From contig CATNEN010000038.1 in NCBI GenBank assembly GCA_950097015.1, positions 16,306,001 through 16,370,000 of the forward strand: a stretch of DNA of 64,000 nt, given 5' to 3'. A program made the translations under genes and the position numbers. The stretch's first letter is position 1; each line of letters opens with the position of its first letter. Source of the DNA: Macrostomum hystrix (Eukaryota; Animalia; Platyhelminthes). Shown here in pieces: positions 11,188 to 22,242 of this stretch. Under the pieces are notes generated by a model, which made no database searches, was not told where the DNA came from, and saw nothing but the letters and a program-made list of their open reading frames with translations.

Positions 11188-12449
11188 ATGTTGCTCTTCT
11201 TTTACAATAGAGCTACCTACTGTTCAGCAGTACAATTTTTAGGCAGATAAGCTATACTTCAAAAGTTAATTTAATTAAACTAAAAAGCATATCTAATAGA
11301 ATATTAACTGATAATATTACTGAAAAATTTTCCGTAATCAGGGTTAACTTTATAAAAATCCTTACAAGCAAAAACGAGTGCTTATGGGTGGTATTTTTTA
11401 CTTGGTCAATGGATACATAAAGCGTTTGTAACCTGTTACTTTGCTAAAACTAGATGCGGATCAATAAAAAGAATAAAGTGAAACACTGGTGAATACGAGA
11501 CGGCGAATTTAGTTTTAATAGAAAACAGAAATGTGACAAGCTTGTATTATTTTATGCGCAATTTGTTTTGCTTTTAAAAAGCCGCGATTTTTAGTGCTAA
11601 ATATAACAAAATAAGATTAAAGATTCAGCTTTCTATTTTTCGCATACATTGTGCCTCTCGCCTAACGGCACATGACCAAGTGTGAAATCGGAAATAAGTG
11701 TGAAATATTTTTGCAAAACTTTAGTTGATATAAAATTGTGTGACGAGTATCTGACTAAAATCCAAATACTGATGCTTACATTTGGAGTCTTACTGTAAAT
11801 ATTTCTTCTTAACATAACTTGGATGATTGTATGATGATCCGGATTAACTCCTCTCTCAAAATTGTAAATCTCTGCCCAATTAAGGTCGAACTTAGGGCCG
11901 CAAGCCTTAGATAACGAACAGCGAGGACGGTATAGTTGGTGGTTGGAAAATTCGTCGGTTAGTCTTATTTTTTTCCGTGCAGAAATTTCTGCAATATACA
12001 TGCACTTAATGTGTAGATTTTCAACGGTAATCAAATAAGAAGAAGCGAGCAAATCAGAGATTTATTTCGATAAAAACGTTAGATTTTTAGAGAATTTAGG
12101 GAAATTTAGGCGTATTTATAGATTTACCTTTAGCTAGGATACAAATCGTAAGAGTCGGTTCGTAGGGTAGATTTAGATTTAAGTAGGTTACTAATATGAA
12201 CAATAAGCAAAGTAGATTTAGGCTATAAGAAAAGCCTGTTTAATTAGCAATCCACGACGCTTCAAGGTGAGAATTTAGTGGTTTCGCCTCCGGATTGGTC
12301 ACGGGCCGGTAGCAAATCTCCACCAGCTTTTCCATGTACTCCTCGACTAGCAGGGACAGGTCCTGGCCGTGAAATTCTGTCATGTTGTACTCTTCTGCGA
12401 ATTGAATGAGAAAGTTTGCTTTCTTCTGCTACGTTGCAAATACAAGATC

Positions 12450-12885
12450 TTTTGCTAAGACCCATTGAAGTCCATTTTTTCTGCATCTTTCAAGATATTC
12501 AAGCGCTCGCCATGAAAATCTAGCACATGACGTAAAAGTTCTCGCTCTATTCGATGAAACAGCTTCCAGAATCACACAACATTGCCGCATCGTCTTAATA
12601 TTCAATGACTCTCGACGGGGTGTCAGATAAAAAAACAACCAATTGTGTGCGAAATTTTTCTGCTCACAATATTTTACCATTGAACCATGTCGGTGACACA
12701 AGCTATGTCAGATTATTGAACCAATATAGATTTGCCATAGAGGTTTCATACAGAGCAATGTTTATTGTCCTTGTCACCAGGGTATTCGACAAGAATCGCT
12801 GAATATCTCGATGATGTTAACGTCGGACGGCTTTTAAAGTTCCTTTTTCGTAAGTTTTGATCCGAATGGTGGACTTTCACGAAAG
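12450..12885. mobile_element. Degenerate inverted copy of the same piggyBac-like MITE family
   Basis: TTGAACCAATAT.GATTTGCCATAGAGGTTT..AGCAATG..TTGTCCTTGTCAC and CATTTTT.CTG.ATCT match the reverse complement of 13490-13825. Confidence 0.65.
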
Positions 12886-13228
12886 AAAATTGAAACGAAA
12901 AGAGAACGAAAAGCTGAAGGATGCATCGCATGCTTCTCGTGATATACACGGCTGCTACTGCTCGAGCTGTGTGCTTGTGTTTTGTATTCCTCCATTCAGC
13001 TTTGTTAATATTATTGTAGTTGTTAAGACGCTTACTTTCCGTGATCTTCTAATTAAACATTGTGACACGGCACGTTTCTTTTCGAGCTTGTTAAGGACTA
13101 GCCAAATTTTACCGCAGTCTCGACCTCGCTTACTAAATAAAAAAAAGAATTGTTTACACCTGCTCCAACTGGTCCACATGTGCAGCCACATGTGTTGTCG
13201 AATCGAACAAAAATATATTGTAACTCAC

Positions 13229-15276
13229 GTCGCTTTGATACCGCATCGTCAGAATAATCCTTGTCGGCGTTCGTACTGAAAGAAAAAGATGCATGGACAG
13301 CATGGATTTAATTAGTTTTTTTTTAATTAAACAATGAGGCTTCTTAACAGTAGAAAGACGACAGTTTTTTTCATCTGGGGAAAGATCTCAAATACCCACT
13401 ATACCTACTTTACGATAGCTTCCAAACCAAATGACCGCGATTTTTGAGAGTCCACAATATTGATATAAATTTACCGCCGCTTACGTGACAAGGACAACTA
13501 GCATTGCTCCGTATAAACCTCTATGGCAAATCAATATTGGTTCAAAAGTGAAAAAATAGTAGCAATTTATTCAATCCAAAATTATAATAAATGATAGCCG
13601 ACATTGATGAAATTTGGTGAGCCGGAAAATATGCCGAAAGTTGTTGGTTTTTGCCAGCAGACTCTTCGATGAGAATCGTTAAATATAGCTACGATACTGA
13701 TGGTTTTGTGATATTGTTTAATAGGTAAGAACTGAGGATTTTAAGCCTTAATCTGGATTTTCATAGCGATTGGATGAATATTTTGGGAGATACAGAAAAA
13801 ATGTGGGCCTGTGGTCTTTCTACTGTTAATAATCTTTGAACTCGCGTACCAGTCGGACACCTCGGTGAGAATCCTGCCTCTGTCCAGCTCTTGCCTTCGC
13901 CCGCCCCAGTGCCTGGTCAGGTCGTACAGGCGCTCGTACTTTGGCACATCGTCTCTACCAAGCTGGTAGCAGATGTTAATGAACTCCTTCACAGTTGGTG
14001 GCAGATCTGTGAACGGCTTGCACGCGCGCAGGAAGCTTTCGTCCCGAATCAGCTGGTTGAGCACTCGCTTCTTCTCTTCTTCAATCTGTTTGGCCTCCAT
14101 CTTTTGGGGCAGGAAAGTTTTGAGCTGGTTCTCTAAGAACTCGCGCTTCTCCTCCGGGCTCCACGTGCTGGTCTCAATCCCCAGCTTCTGCTGCTGGCAA
14201 GAAACCTTCGGTGCGTCATTTTTGCCCTGCCGAATCTCTTCAATGGCAGCCAGAATAGCTTCGGATATCTCTTCAGCCGGTGAGTAGAACATGTCTTCAT
14301 TGTCTTCGCTGTAGACAAACCCGATCTGCGAGTTAACAAAGTTTCGAAACGATTGTAAACTTTAAAAATGTTTAAAACTTCAAACTTCACGGAATATTCG
14401 GCTTTTTGGTTGACGCCGACAATGAAGCTGCATGCTAGGCGAGTTCTACAAGCCGCACATCCATCCACCCCCATGAGTAGCCCTCCGCCCCATGAGTACC
14501 CATCCACCCCCATGAGTACCCATCCACCCCCATGAGTACCCATCCACCCCCATGAGTACCCATCCACCCCTCATGAGTATCCATCCGCCACCCATGAGTA
14601 TCCATCCGCCACCCATGAGTATCCATCCGCCACCCATGAGTATCCATCCGCCACCCATGAGTATCCATCCGCCACCATAAGTATCCATCCGCCCGCATGT
14701 GTACTTATCCGCCTGAGTCCGCATGTGTACTTCTTGACGTCCTGGGATTCGTGACACTATAAAGACAAGCTGTTTATATAGGTATTCAATTTAAGCAAGC
14801 GAAAGCCTTACAGCCCTTTTAGGGTCTTGATCGAAGACCTTCTCCCAGCCGTTGATGATTTTGTTGTAATCATTGGCCTTCAAAGCGCTCGTGCCGCCGC
14901 CGACTCCCGACTTAACCGGCCTAGCATTGGTCCTTGACGTGTAGCTGAGGCTGCTCCGCGGCCCTGTGTCAGTCGTATTGCCTTCGACAGCGCTGCCTCC
15001 GACTTCGGCATTGTTGATGCTGCTACTACCACCGGCGCTAATGCTGCCGCCTTTTAAAATACTGCCGGCCTGGGCTGTACCCGGCGTAGGCTGCGTGCCG
15101 CTGCGCACACCGCCGAGAACGAACTTTCGATAGATGACCAGGAATAGCTCCTTGAGCTCGAAGCCGATGTCCTTGTACTGCAATCTCATCTCCATGAGCG
15201 AGTCGCACATCTGACGAACATTCTCTTTTGTCTGCATCTGTTTGTCTGCGAATATCGAAGCGTTTGATGTGCACAT
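13229..15276 (-). CDS. Unknown multi-exon protein; candidate exons 15276-14812, 14756-14731, 14308-13850, 13275-13229; ends uncertain
   Basis: Two protein-like ORFs (161 and 183 aa) are joined by phase-compatible GT-AG introns through a 26-nt micro-exon. No family recognised. Confidence 0.55.
13348..13825. mobile_element. piggyBac-like non-autonomous DNA transposon (MITE)
   Basis: TTAA at 13344-13347 and 13826-13829 flank 12-bp TIRs CAGTAGAAAGAC / GTCTTTCTACTG. The canonical piggyBac TIR is CCCTAGAAAGATA. Confidence 0.8.
14460..14700. repeat. 20-bp minisatellite (CCATCCACCCCCATGAGTAY)n
   Basis: Tandem copies; reverse complement of the array at 18370-18690. Confidence 0.9.
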
Positions 15277-15454
15277 TGTTCATGATACTTGATAATCCGT
15301 TATCTATCTGCGGATCACACTATAAAAATGGACAGTCTTCATTATCTAATCTCTAATCTAATCTAATTGTGGCAAAGCGGGTGAGCCTCTCCTCAGTCGT
15401 TCTATAGGCCATAGACAAAAAATTCAAGTTGGGGGGTATAAAATTTAATCCCGA

Positions 15455-15790
15455 GACGATTATTTAATTGGCCCGGCCATTAAACGGCCAAGTCTAGTCT
15501 GGACACACTTAAACGGGTGCTTTTCCGCCATAGACGATTATTTAATTGGACCGGCCATTAAACGGCCAAGTCTAGTCTGGACACACTTAAACGGGTGCTT
15601 TTCCGCCATAGACGATTATTTAATTGGACCGGCCATTAAACGGCCAAGTCTAGTCTGGACACACTTAAACGGGTGCTTTTCCGCCATAGACGATTTAATT
15701 GGCCCGGCCATTAAACGGCCAAGTCTAGTCTGGACACACTTAAACGGGTGCTTTTCCGCCATAGACGATTATTTAATTGGCCCGGCCAAT
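15455..15790. repeat. 78-bp tandem repeat, ~4.3 copies
   Basis: Units start at 15455, 15533, 15611, 15689 and 15764. Confidence 0.9.
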
Positions 15791-16005
15791 TGTTTGTCTT
15801 GCTGTCTATGACACGAAAGCTAGCGTTCAATTCCGAGAGAGATTGCTCAGACAGGTTTCCCCATAGAGTGTCAGTTATATTTATTTAGTTTTATTTAGTT
15901 CATCATTTTTGGGTGCACAGAAGCCCTAATTATTTTGTAAAATTACAGTGCAAATCGAAGTGTATTTTTGCACATCAAGAAACATTTCAGTTGTTTGAAC
16001 TGCTC

Positions 16006-16761
16006 TCAGAGGCTGAACTTGACCCAATTGCCGCCATTCTCAATCCACTGATCAACTTGAGCATCAGAAAACAGCAGCACGCGACATTTCATTGACTTGG
16101 CGTTGTACAGGACGTGTTTGGAGCGACCGTCGGCCATTGCGGCCGCCACGCAATCGATGAGGCTATTCACGTCTACCTCAGTGAAGCAGTAGTCGGTGTT
16201 GGGATTGTACTTGGTGCGGCTGAAAGCGGTCTGAGTCCACATGGTGCGCCTGAATGGACCGCTGGCCGATGGCTTGTCGACATACTCGCAGACATAGCCG
16301 CGTAGATTTGTGCACTCGTTGTCGATGAAGTTGACGGTATCGGTCGAGCTGGCAATGCAGTCCTGGTTGCCCAAACTACTCGGCATGCCCATGTACCACA
16401 TGGAGGTATTGTAGGGTAGGAGGCCATTGTCGTTAACCAGCTGCCAGCCGCGCATATCTGTGTTTCTCTCGTCAGCTAGGTCGCTAATTCCGTACCAGAG
16501 CCGGCAGCTGGCGCAGTTCACGCTAGGCATCTGGGCCAGCAGCTTCAGCGAGACGTACTTGTTGATTAGCTCCCCACCAATGGCCTGGCACTCCTGGTTA
16601 GCCTGGCACCAGGTGAACTTTTCCGCCTTCTTAACGAACACACACCTGCCAGCCTCCATACTAAATGGGCTCGGACAGTTCGACTGTGCCGACAGCGGCT
16701 GGCCATTAAGCAGCAGCAGCAGCAGCAGCGACAGCAGTTCGTTTAGTTTAAAATCTGGCAT
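16006..16761 (-). CDS. Secreted C-type lectin domain protein with C-terminal PAN/apple-like segment; intronless
   Basis: Likely start MPDF followed by a poly-Leu signal peptide. CTLD pattern CPSPF..GRC..TWCQANQECQAIGG..WYGISD..W..W..P..DC..D.EC..GYVCE, then SLIDCVAAAM..YNAKSMKCR. Confidence 0.85.
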   Translation of the reverse strand: MPDFKLNELLSLLLLLLLNGQPLSAQSNCPSPFSMEAGRCVFVKKAEKFTWCQANQECQAIGGELINKYVSLKLLAQMPSVNCASCRLWYGISDLADERNTDMRGWQLVNDNGLLPYNTSMWYMGMPSSLGNQDCIASSTDTVNFIDNECTNLRGYVCEYVDKPSASGPFRRTMWTQTAFSRTKYNPNTDYCFTEVDVNSLIDCVAAAMADGRSKHVLYNAKSMKCRVLLFSDAQVDQWIENGGNWVKFSL

Positions 16762-17149
16762 TAGTTGTCCAGTTTCACAAGAAGCGACAGACGCAATATC
16801 CCATAGGATTTCCCTTAAGTCGCTTTTATAGATTTTTTGCTTCACAGTTTTCTAGCAAAATAATACACAAATGCCTGAGTTTTTCGGGGAAAACTTTGAA
16901 GTTTTTCATGCAACAATTTTTGTCTCGCTTTTGTTCATTCTAAATCGGCAAAAACGGCTTTGAAGTTGATTCGATTGTTTTTTAGTAGAGCCAGCAGTCA
17001 AACGAAAGCCGATAACCATTGTCTGCCAAATTTTGCATTCCGTTTTGCAATGCCGCGGGGCCATTTGTCTTACGATAAATGGTTTGAAACAAATATTTTC
17101 AGGCAAAGTAAACACAATGGCAGAGCCAACCGTCATCCACCGTCAACCG

Positions 17150-17450
17150 CCACTGACGGGGCATTTGTGTCCATTTCGCTGTCTCCTGAGCACTCACGCA
17201 AACAGGTACCGTACGCAGGCATACGCTCACACAGGCGTGTACATCTGCCCTGACTTTCTCATCCTGAGGCAGTGTACACTCTCACTGTGCCTTGGAGGTT
17301 GGCCATTAGGGGGTAACTGCACGAAAATCACCCAAGTCTTCTTTCCGCGGCTGCACCCCAAATGAATGTGGCCTCGCCGCGGAATCGAGCTCAGGGACCT
17401 TGGTGCGAGAGGCAAACACGTTAGACCGCTCTGCCACCGACCCCCTAGGC
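17150..17450 (-). mobile_element. SINE family A copy, 3' truncated
   Basis: Clear similarity to 3380-3598 (ATGTGGCCTCGCCGCGGAATCGA, GGTGCGAGAGGCAAAC, GCTCTGCCACCGACC). Confidence 0.8.
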
Positions 17451-17481
17451 CAGCCCCAATCGTACCCCCAGTGGTTCTTAC

Positions 17482-20400
17482 TGACAATCTCCTTGGCTGT
17501 CAGCTCGGTCAGGGCGCCAACCGACAGATTTATCAAATCGCGATCCATAACCCGATTCGTGACGTCGATGAGAACGGAGAACAGTTGTCGGCGCAGTTTG
17601 ATGTAGCGCAGCCGGTCTCTCGCAACCATTCGCTCATCCTGATTTTGAGAAATTTCGGCTAGTCTTGAGTAGGCCTTCTCGCGACACTTTTTCAGACAAA
17701 TCTGAGCGAACTCGTTCTGATAAATTTTACTTTTCAGCTCCGACGGGGTCAGTTGGACGAGCTTGTTGAAGACCTCTTTGATTGACAGCGACGTTTCCGT
17801 GGTGTAAACTGCGAGCATTTTTCGGTCGGTTTGGGTGAGTTTACCAACTGTCTCTATGAATTTCAGTCGCGTAAAAACAAATTCGTACCAAGCAGAACAC
17901 TGAGCGCTGCTTGAACCAAACTGGGACATGGGTACCGCCAGTCCATGGACTGAACGGCTGTACGTAGCCTTTGCATTTGACAAGTATACTCACAAGTCAG
18001 ATGCTTGATGAACTCAATCTCATTGTTAAGCGCCTTGTTGACACCGCTTAACTCCTCCAAATCGTAGCTAGTAGTTCTGGAAGCGAACAGCTGCTCAGCT
18101 TTCTCTCGCTTCATTTCCAACAGTCGCTCAGGATCCCATGGTAGGTAGCCCTTCCACAGGTAGATAATTAGATAGGATATGCTAATTAGGTCGTCAGCCC
18201 GACTAGGGCTCCACTGTTGAAGGATGAACGGGCTGGCGAAAAATGAGTCGTTTAGCGACACTTGGCGGAGCTTCTGACCGCTGGTGGCTCCCTTAAAGCC
18301 TTGGGTGTCGCTTAGAAATCTGCATTTTAAGCGGGTGAAAGTTATAATTAGAGCGGCAGGTGAGGTTGATACTAATGGGGGTGGATGGATACTCATGGGG
18401 GCGGATAGATGCTCATAGGGGCGGATGGGTACTCATAGGGGCGGATGGGTACTCATGGGGGGCGAATGGGTACGTATGGGGGCGGATGGGTTCTCATGGG
18501 GGCGGTTGGATACTCATGGGGGCGGATGGATACTCATGGGGGTGGATGGATACTCATGGGGCGGATGGATACTCACGGAGTGGATGGATACTCATGGGGT
18601 GGATGGATACTCATGGGGGTGGATGGATACTCATGGGGTGGATGGATACTCATGGGGGTGGATGGATACTCATGGGGGTGGATGAATACTCGTTGCTATT
18701 TAGACAAAAATATGAGGGTGGCAAGTTGAGCAGTAGAAAGGCAGTTGGTTTCCAATAACACTAAGGTCGGGTATGCAATGTGTAGGCCAAATCTGTTTAA
18801 ATTCACAAACCGTTGCGCATGCGAATAGTTGACTAAGAATAGTCGGCCCTTGTGCCTGGGATAAACGCCAAAGTGAAACGATTCCAGGCTAATGTTGCTG
18901 TGGATGAAGCCTTTGTCGTGGAATTCTCGGATTCTGTCTAGCATTTCACGCACAACGCGACCAATATTGGCTTCGTCCAAGCCTATAGGGTGTTTTAAGA
19001 TTTAACAATCTTTAACTTGCTTTCAAATTTGAAGGCACTAGACTTTTACTTCAGAAGTAGATAATACCATTTAAAATGCTTCATTTTCATTCCCATACCC
19101 CGTTTAACACCCGCTTCCTCGTTGACACAGACTGAACTTATCATGCAATGCAAATAGCTCACCAACGTGCTGCCTGACATTGTGCATGCCTCTAAGAATG
19201 CTAGAATTGTTTGTGTAATTCGCAGTCACCCTGCAAACGTAGTCTTTGAAGATCTGCTCGAGCGAGGGCCCAACCAAAGTGGTAACTAATACTGCATGCT
19301 CGCATCCGCTGTGCCTTTGAGTCTGCAATTTGAGCAGTGTAAAGACTCAAACAATGTAATGAAAGTTTTTGCTGGTCAATAATATGTAATACACACCGTG
19401 TCGCATAGAATCTGCGGATAGCTGTCAACACCCTCAAAGAATGACAGCAGATGAGCCTCTTTTCGCAGATGGCAGTCCTCGAAGCGATCCTGATAGTCTG
19501 CCGACGCGCCCATAGCTGTGGAATTGCTCTTGGCTTCCAGCATCTCAGTGCGCACCAGCACCCATGGCAGCTTGTACAACATCAGCTCTGCCAGTGTGTG
19601 TTGGGGATCAGTGTGTGTGTTGGGGATCAGTGTGTGTTGGGGATCAGTGTGTGTGTTGGGGATCAGTGTGTGTTGGGGATCAGTGTGTGTGTTGGGGATC
19701 AGTGTGTGTGTTGGGGATCAGTGTGTGTGTTGGGGATCAGTGTGTGTTGGGGATCAGTGTGTGTGTTGGGGATCAGTGTGTGTTGGGGATCAGTGTGCAT
19801 GTTGGGATCAGTGTGTGTTAGGGATCAGTGTGTTTTTGGGATCAGTGTGTGTGTTGGGGATCAGTGTGTGTTGGGGATCAGTGTGTGTGTTGGGGATCAG
19901 TGTGTGTGTTGGGGATCAGTGTGTGTGTTGGGATCAGTGTGTGTGTTGGGGATCAGTGTGTGTGTTGGGGATCAGTGTGTGTGTTGGGGATCAGTGTGTG
20001 TGTTGGGGATCAGTGTGTGTGTTGGGGATCAGTGTGTGTGTGTTGGGGATCAGTGTGTGTGTTATGGATCAGTGTGTGTGTTGGGGATCAGTGTGTGTTG
20101 GGGATCAGTGTGCATGTTGGGGATCAGTGTGTGTGTTATGGATCAGTGTGTGTGTTGGGGATCAGTGTGTGTTGGGGATCAGTGTGCATGTTGGGATCAG
20201 TGTGTGTTAGGGATCAGTGTGTGTGTTGGGGATCAGTGTGTGTGTTGGGATCAGTGTGTGCTGGGGATCAGTGTGTGTGTTGGGGATCAGTGTGTGTTGG
20301 GGATCAGTGTGTGTGTTGGGATCAGTGTGTGTGTTGGGGATCAGTGTGTGTGTTGGGGATCAGTGTGTGTGTTGGGGATCAGTGTGTGTGTTGGGGATCA

Positions 20401-21790
20401 GTGTGTGTTGGGGATCAGTGTGCATGTTGGGGATCAGTGTGTGTGTTGGGGATCAGTGTGTGTGTTGGGGATCAGTGTGTGTGTTATGGATCAGTGTGTG
20501 TGTTGGGGATCAGTGTGTGTGTTGGGGATCAGTGTGTGTGTTGGGGATCAGTGTGTGTGTTATGGATCAGTGTGTGTGTTGGGGATCAGTGTGTGTTGGG
20601 GATCAGTGTGCATGTTGGGATCAGTGTGTGTTAGGGATCAGCGTGTGTGTTGGGGATCAGTGTGTGTGTTGGGGATCAGTGTGTGTGTTGGGGATCAGTG
20701 TGTGTGTTATGGATCAGTGTGTGTGTTGGGGATCAGTGTGTGTGTTGGGGATCAGTGTGTGTGTTGGGGATCAGTGTGTGTGTTATGGATCAGTGTGTGT
20801 GTTGGGGATCAGTGTGTGTTGGGGATCAGTGTGCATGTTGGGATCAGTGTGTGTTAGGGATCAGTGTGTGTGTTATGGATCAGTGTGTGTGTTGGGGATC
20901 AGTGTGTGTTGGGGATCAGTGTGCATGTTGGGATCAGTGTGTGTTAGGGATCAGTGTGTGTGTTGGGGATCAGTGTGTGTGTTGGGATCAGTGTGTGCTG
21001 GGGATCAGTGTGTGTGTTGGGGATCAGTGTGTGTTGGGGATCAGTGTGTGTGTTGGGATCAGTGTGTGTGTTGGGGATCAGTGTGTGTGTTGGGGATCAG
21101 TGTGTGTGTTGGGGATCAGTGTGTGTGTTGGGGATCAGTGTGTGTTGGGGATCAGTGTGCATGTTGGGGATCAGTGTGTGTGTTGGGGATCAGTGTGTGT
21201 GTTATGGATCAGTGTGTGTGTTGGGGATCAGTGTGTGTGTTGGGGATCAGTGTGTGTGTTGGGGATCAGTGTGTGTGTTATGGATCAGTGTGTGTGTTGG
21301 GGATCAGTGTGTGTTGGGGATCAGTGTGTGTGTTGGGGATCAGTGTGTGTGTTGGGGATCAGTGTGTGTGTTGGGGATCAGTGTGTGTGTTAGGGATCAG
21401 TGTGTGTTGGGGATCAGTGTGTATTGGGGATCAGTGTGTGTGTTGGGGATCAGTGTGTGTGTTGGGGATCAGTGTATGTTGGAGATTTGTGGGTGTTAGG
21501 ATAAGTATTTGTAAGAGACCAGTGCGTATTGGGGCTTGAGATATATTAAAAGTACTAATCAAGGTCAGAAGCTACTCACGCTGCAGCTGCTTGCCGGCTA
21601 CTCGAGACTTGTGCAAGATGAGCATGTTAAGCTGATTGGAAGGCAGAGCTTTGCGGTCGTGCGCCAGCATGATGCGGCCGTTCATATTGAACAAACCGAT
21701 TTGGGAGAAGCACTGGAATTGTTCCAGGCGATCTTTGAATGACTCGGCAGCTGATTCTGTGTCGCACAGCGCAGATTGGCTGTTTCCCAT
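17482..21790 (-). CDS. Casein kinase 1-family divergent (pseudo)kinase; exons 21790-21580, 19587-19397, 19322-19163, 18982-~18760, 18319-17994, 17847-17482, possible last exon 16851-16826
   Basis: CK1 landmarks: LVTTLVGPSLEQIF (cf. LLGPSLEDLF), MLDRIREFHDKGFIHSNI (cf. IHRDIK), LFLVNYSHAQRF (cf. LIDFGLAK) and SRADDLISISYLIIYLWKGYLPW (cf. SRRDD..YL..LPW). Most junctions are in phase; the exon 4 donor is unresolved. Confidence 0.8.
17928..17972 (+). mobile_element. SINE B fragment in a CK1-like gene intron
   Basis: ATGGGTACCGCCAGTCCATGGACTGAACGGCTGTACGTAGCCTT matches family B. Confidence 0.65.
18370..18690. repeat. 20-bp minisatellite (GGATGGATACTCATGGGGGT)n in a CK1-like gene intron
   Basis: Tandem copies. 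Confidence 0.9.
19592..21482. repeat. 18-21-bp minisatellite GGGGATCA(GT)4-5T filling CK1-like intron 1
   Basis: ~1.9 kb array with higher-order duplication (blocks near 20217 and 20954 begin identically). Confidence 0.97.
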
Positions 21791-22077
21791 TTTGCTGTGT
21801 AATTTTATTTTTTGTGCAAACGAAAATTATCGGCTAGAATTTTCGCGAACAGAAAGTCTTGTAGCATACTGTTGACAACATAGAATTTGCTAACTCTTTG
21901 ATTCAAGGATACTTTAATTATTCGAATGCCATTTATTTGTACTCTATTAGTCTATGGGTTATTCGTATTACGAAAAATACCTGTGGTGAAGATGGCCTTC
22001 AAGAAACAAATGAATACTATATTAGAAATGTACAAGAATTAAGTCCAGTTTGCTAAAGATTTTTGTCTTGAGTCCTT

Positions 22078-22242
22078 CAGTCATTATACTGTCCCCTCAG
22101 TCATGCAGTCATTAGACTGTCCCCTCAGTCATGCAGTCATTAGACTGACCCCTCAGTCATGCAGTCATTAGACTGACCCCTCATTCATCCAGTCATTAGA
22201 CTGTCCCCTCAGTCATCCAGTCATTATACTGACCCCTCAGTC
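22078..22242. repeat. 28-bp minisatellite
   Basis: (CAGTCATTAGACTGTCCCCTCAGTCATG)n. Confidence 0.85.

Noticed and set aside
11633-12052. 139-aa ORF or possible DNA transposon fragment
   Set aside because: No motif, no TIR/TSD and no second copy identified by eye.
17306-17983. 225-aa ORF as an independent gene
   Set aside because: Its ends derive from a SINE B fragment and SINE A; only 17847-17482 is a plausible exon of the CK1-like gene.
19451-21539. Long Cys/Val/Gly-rich ORFs (up to 468 aa)
   Set aside because: They are translations of a stop-free intronic minisatellite, open in all three frames and antisense to the host gene.
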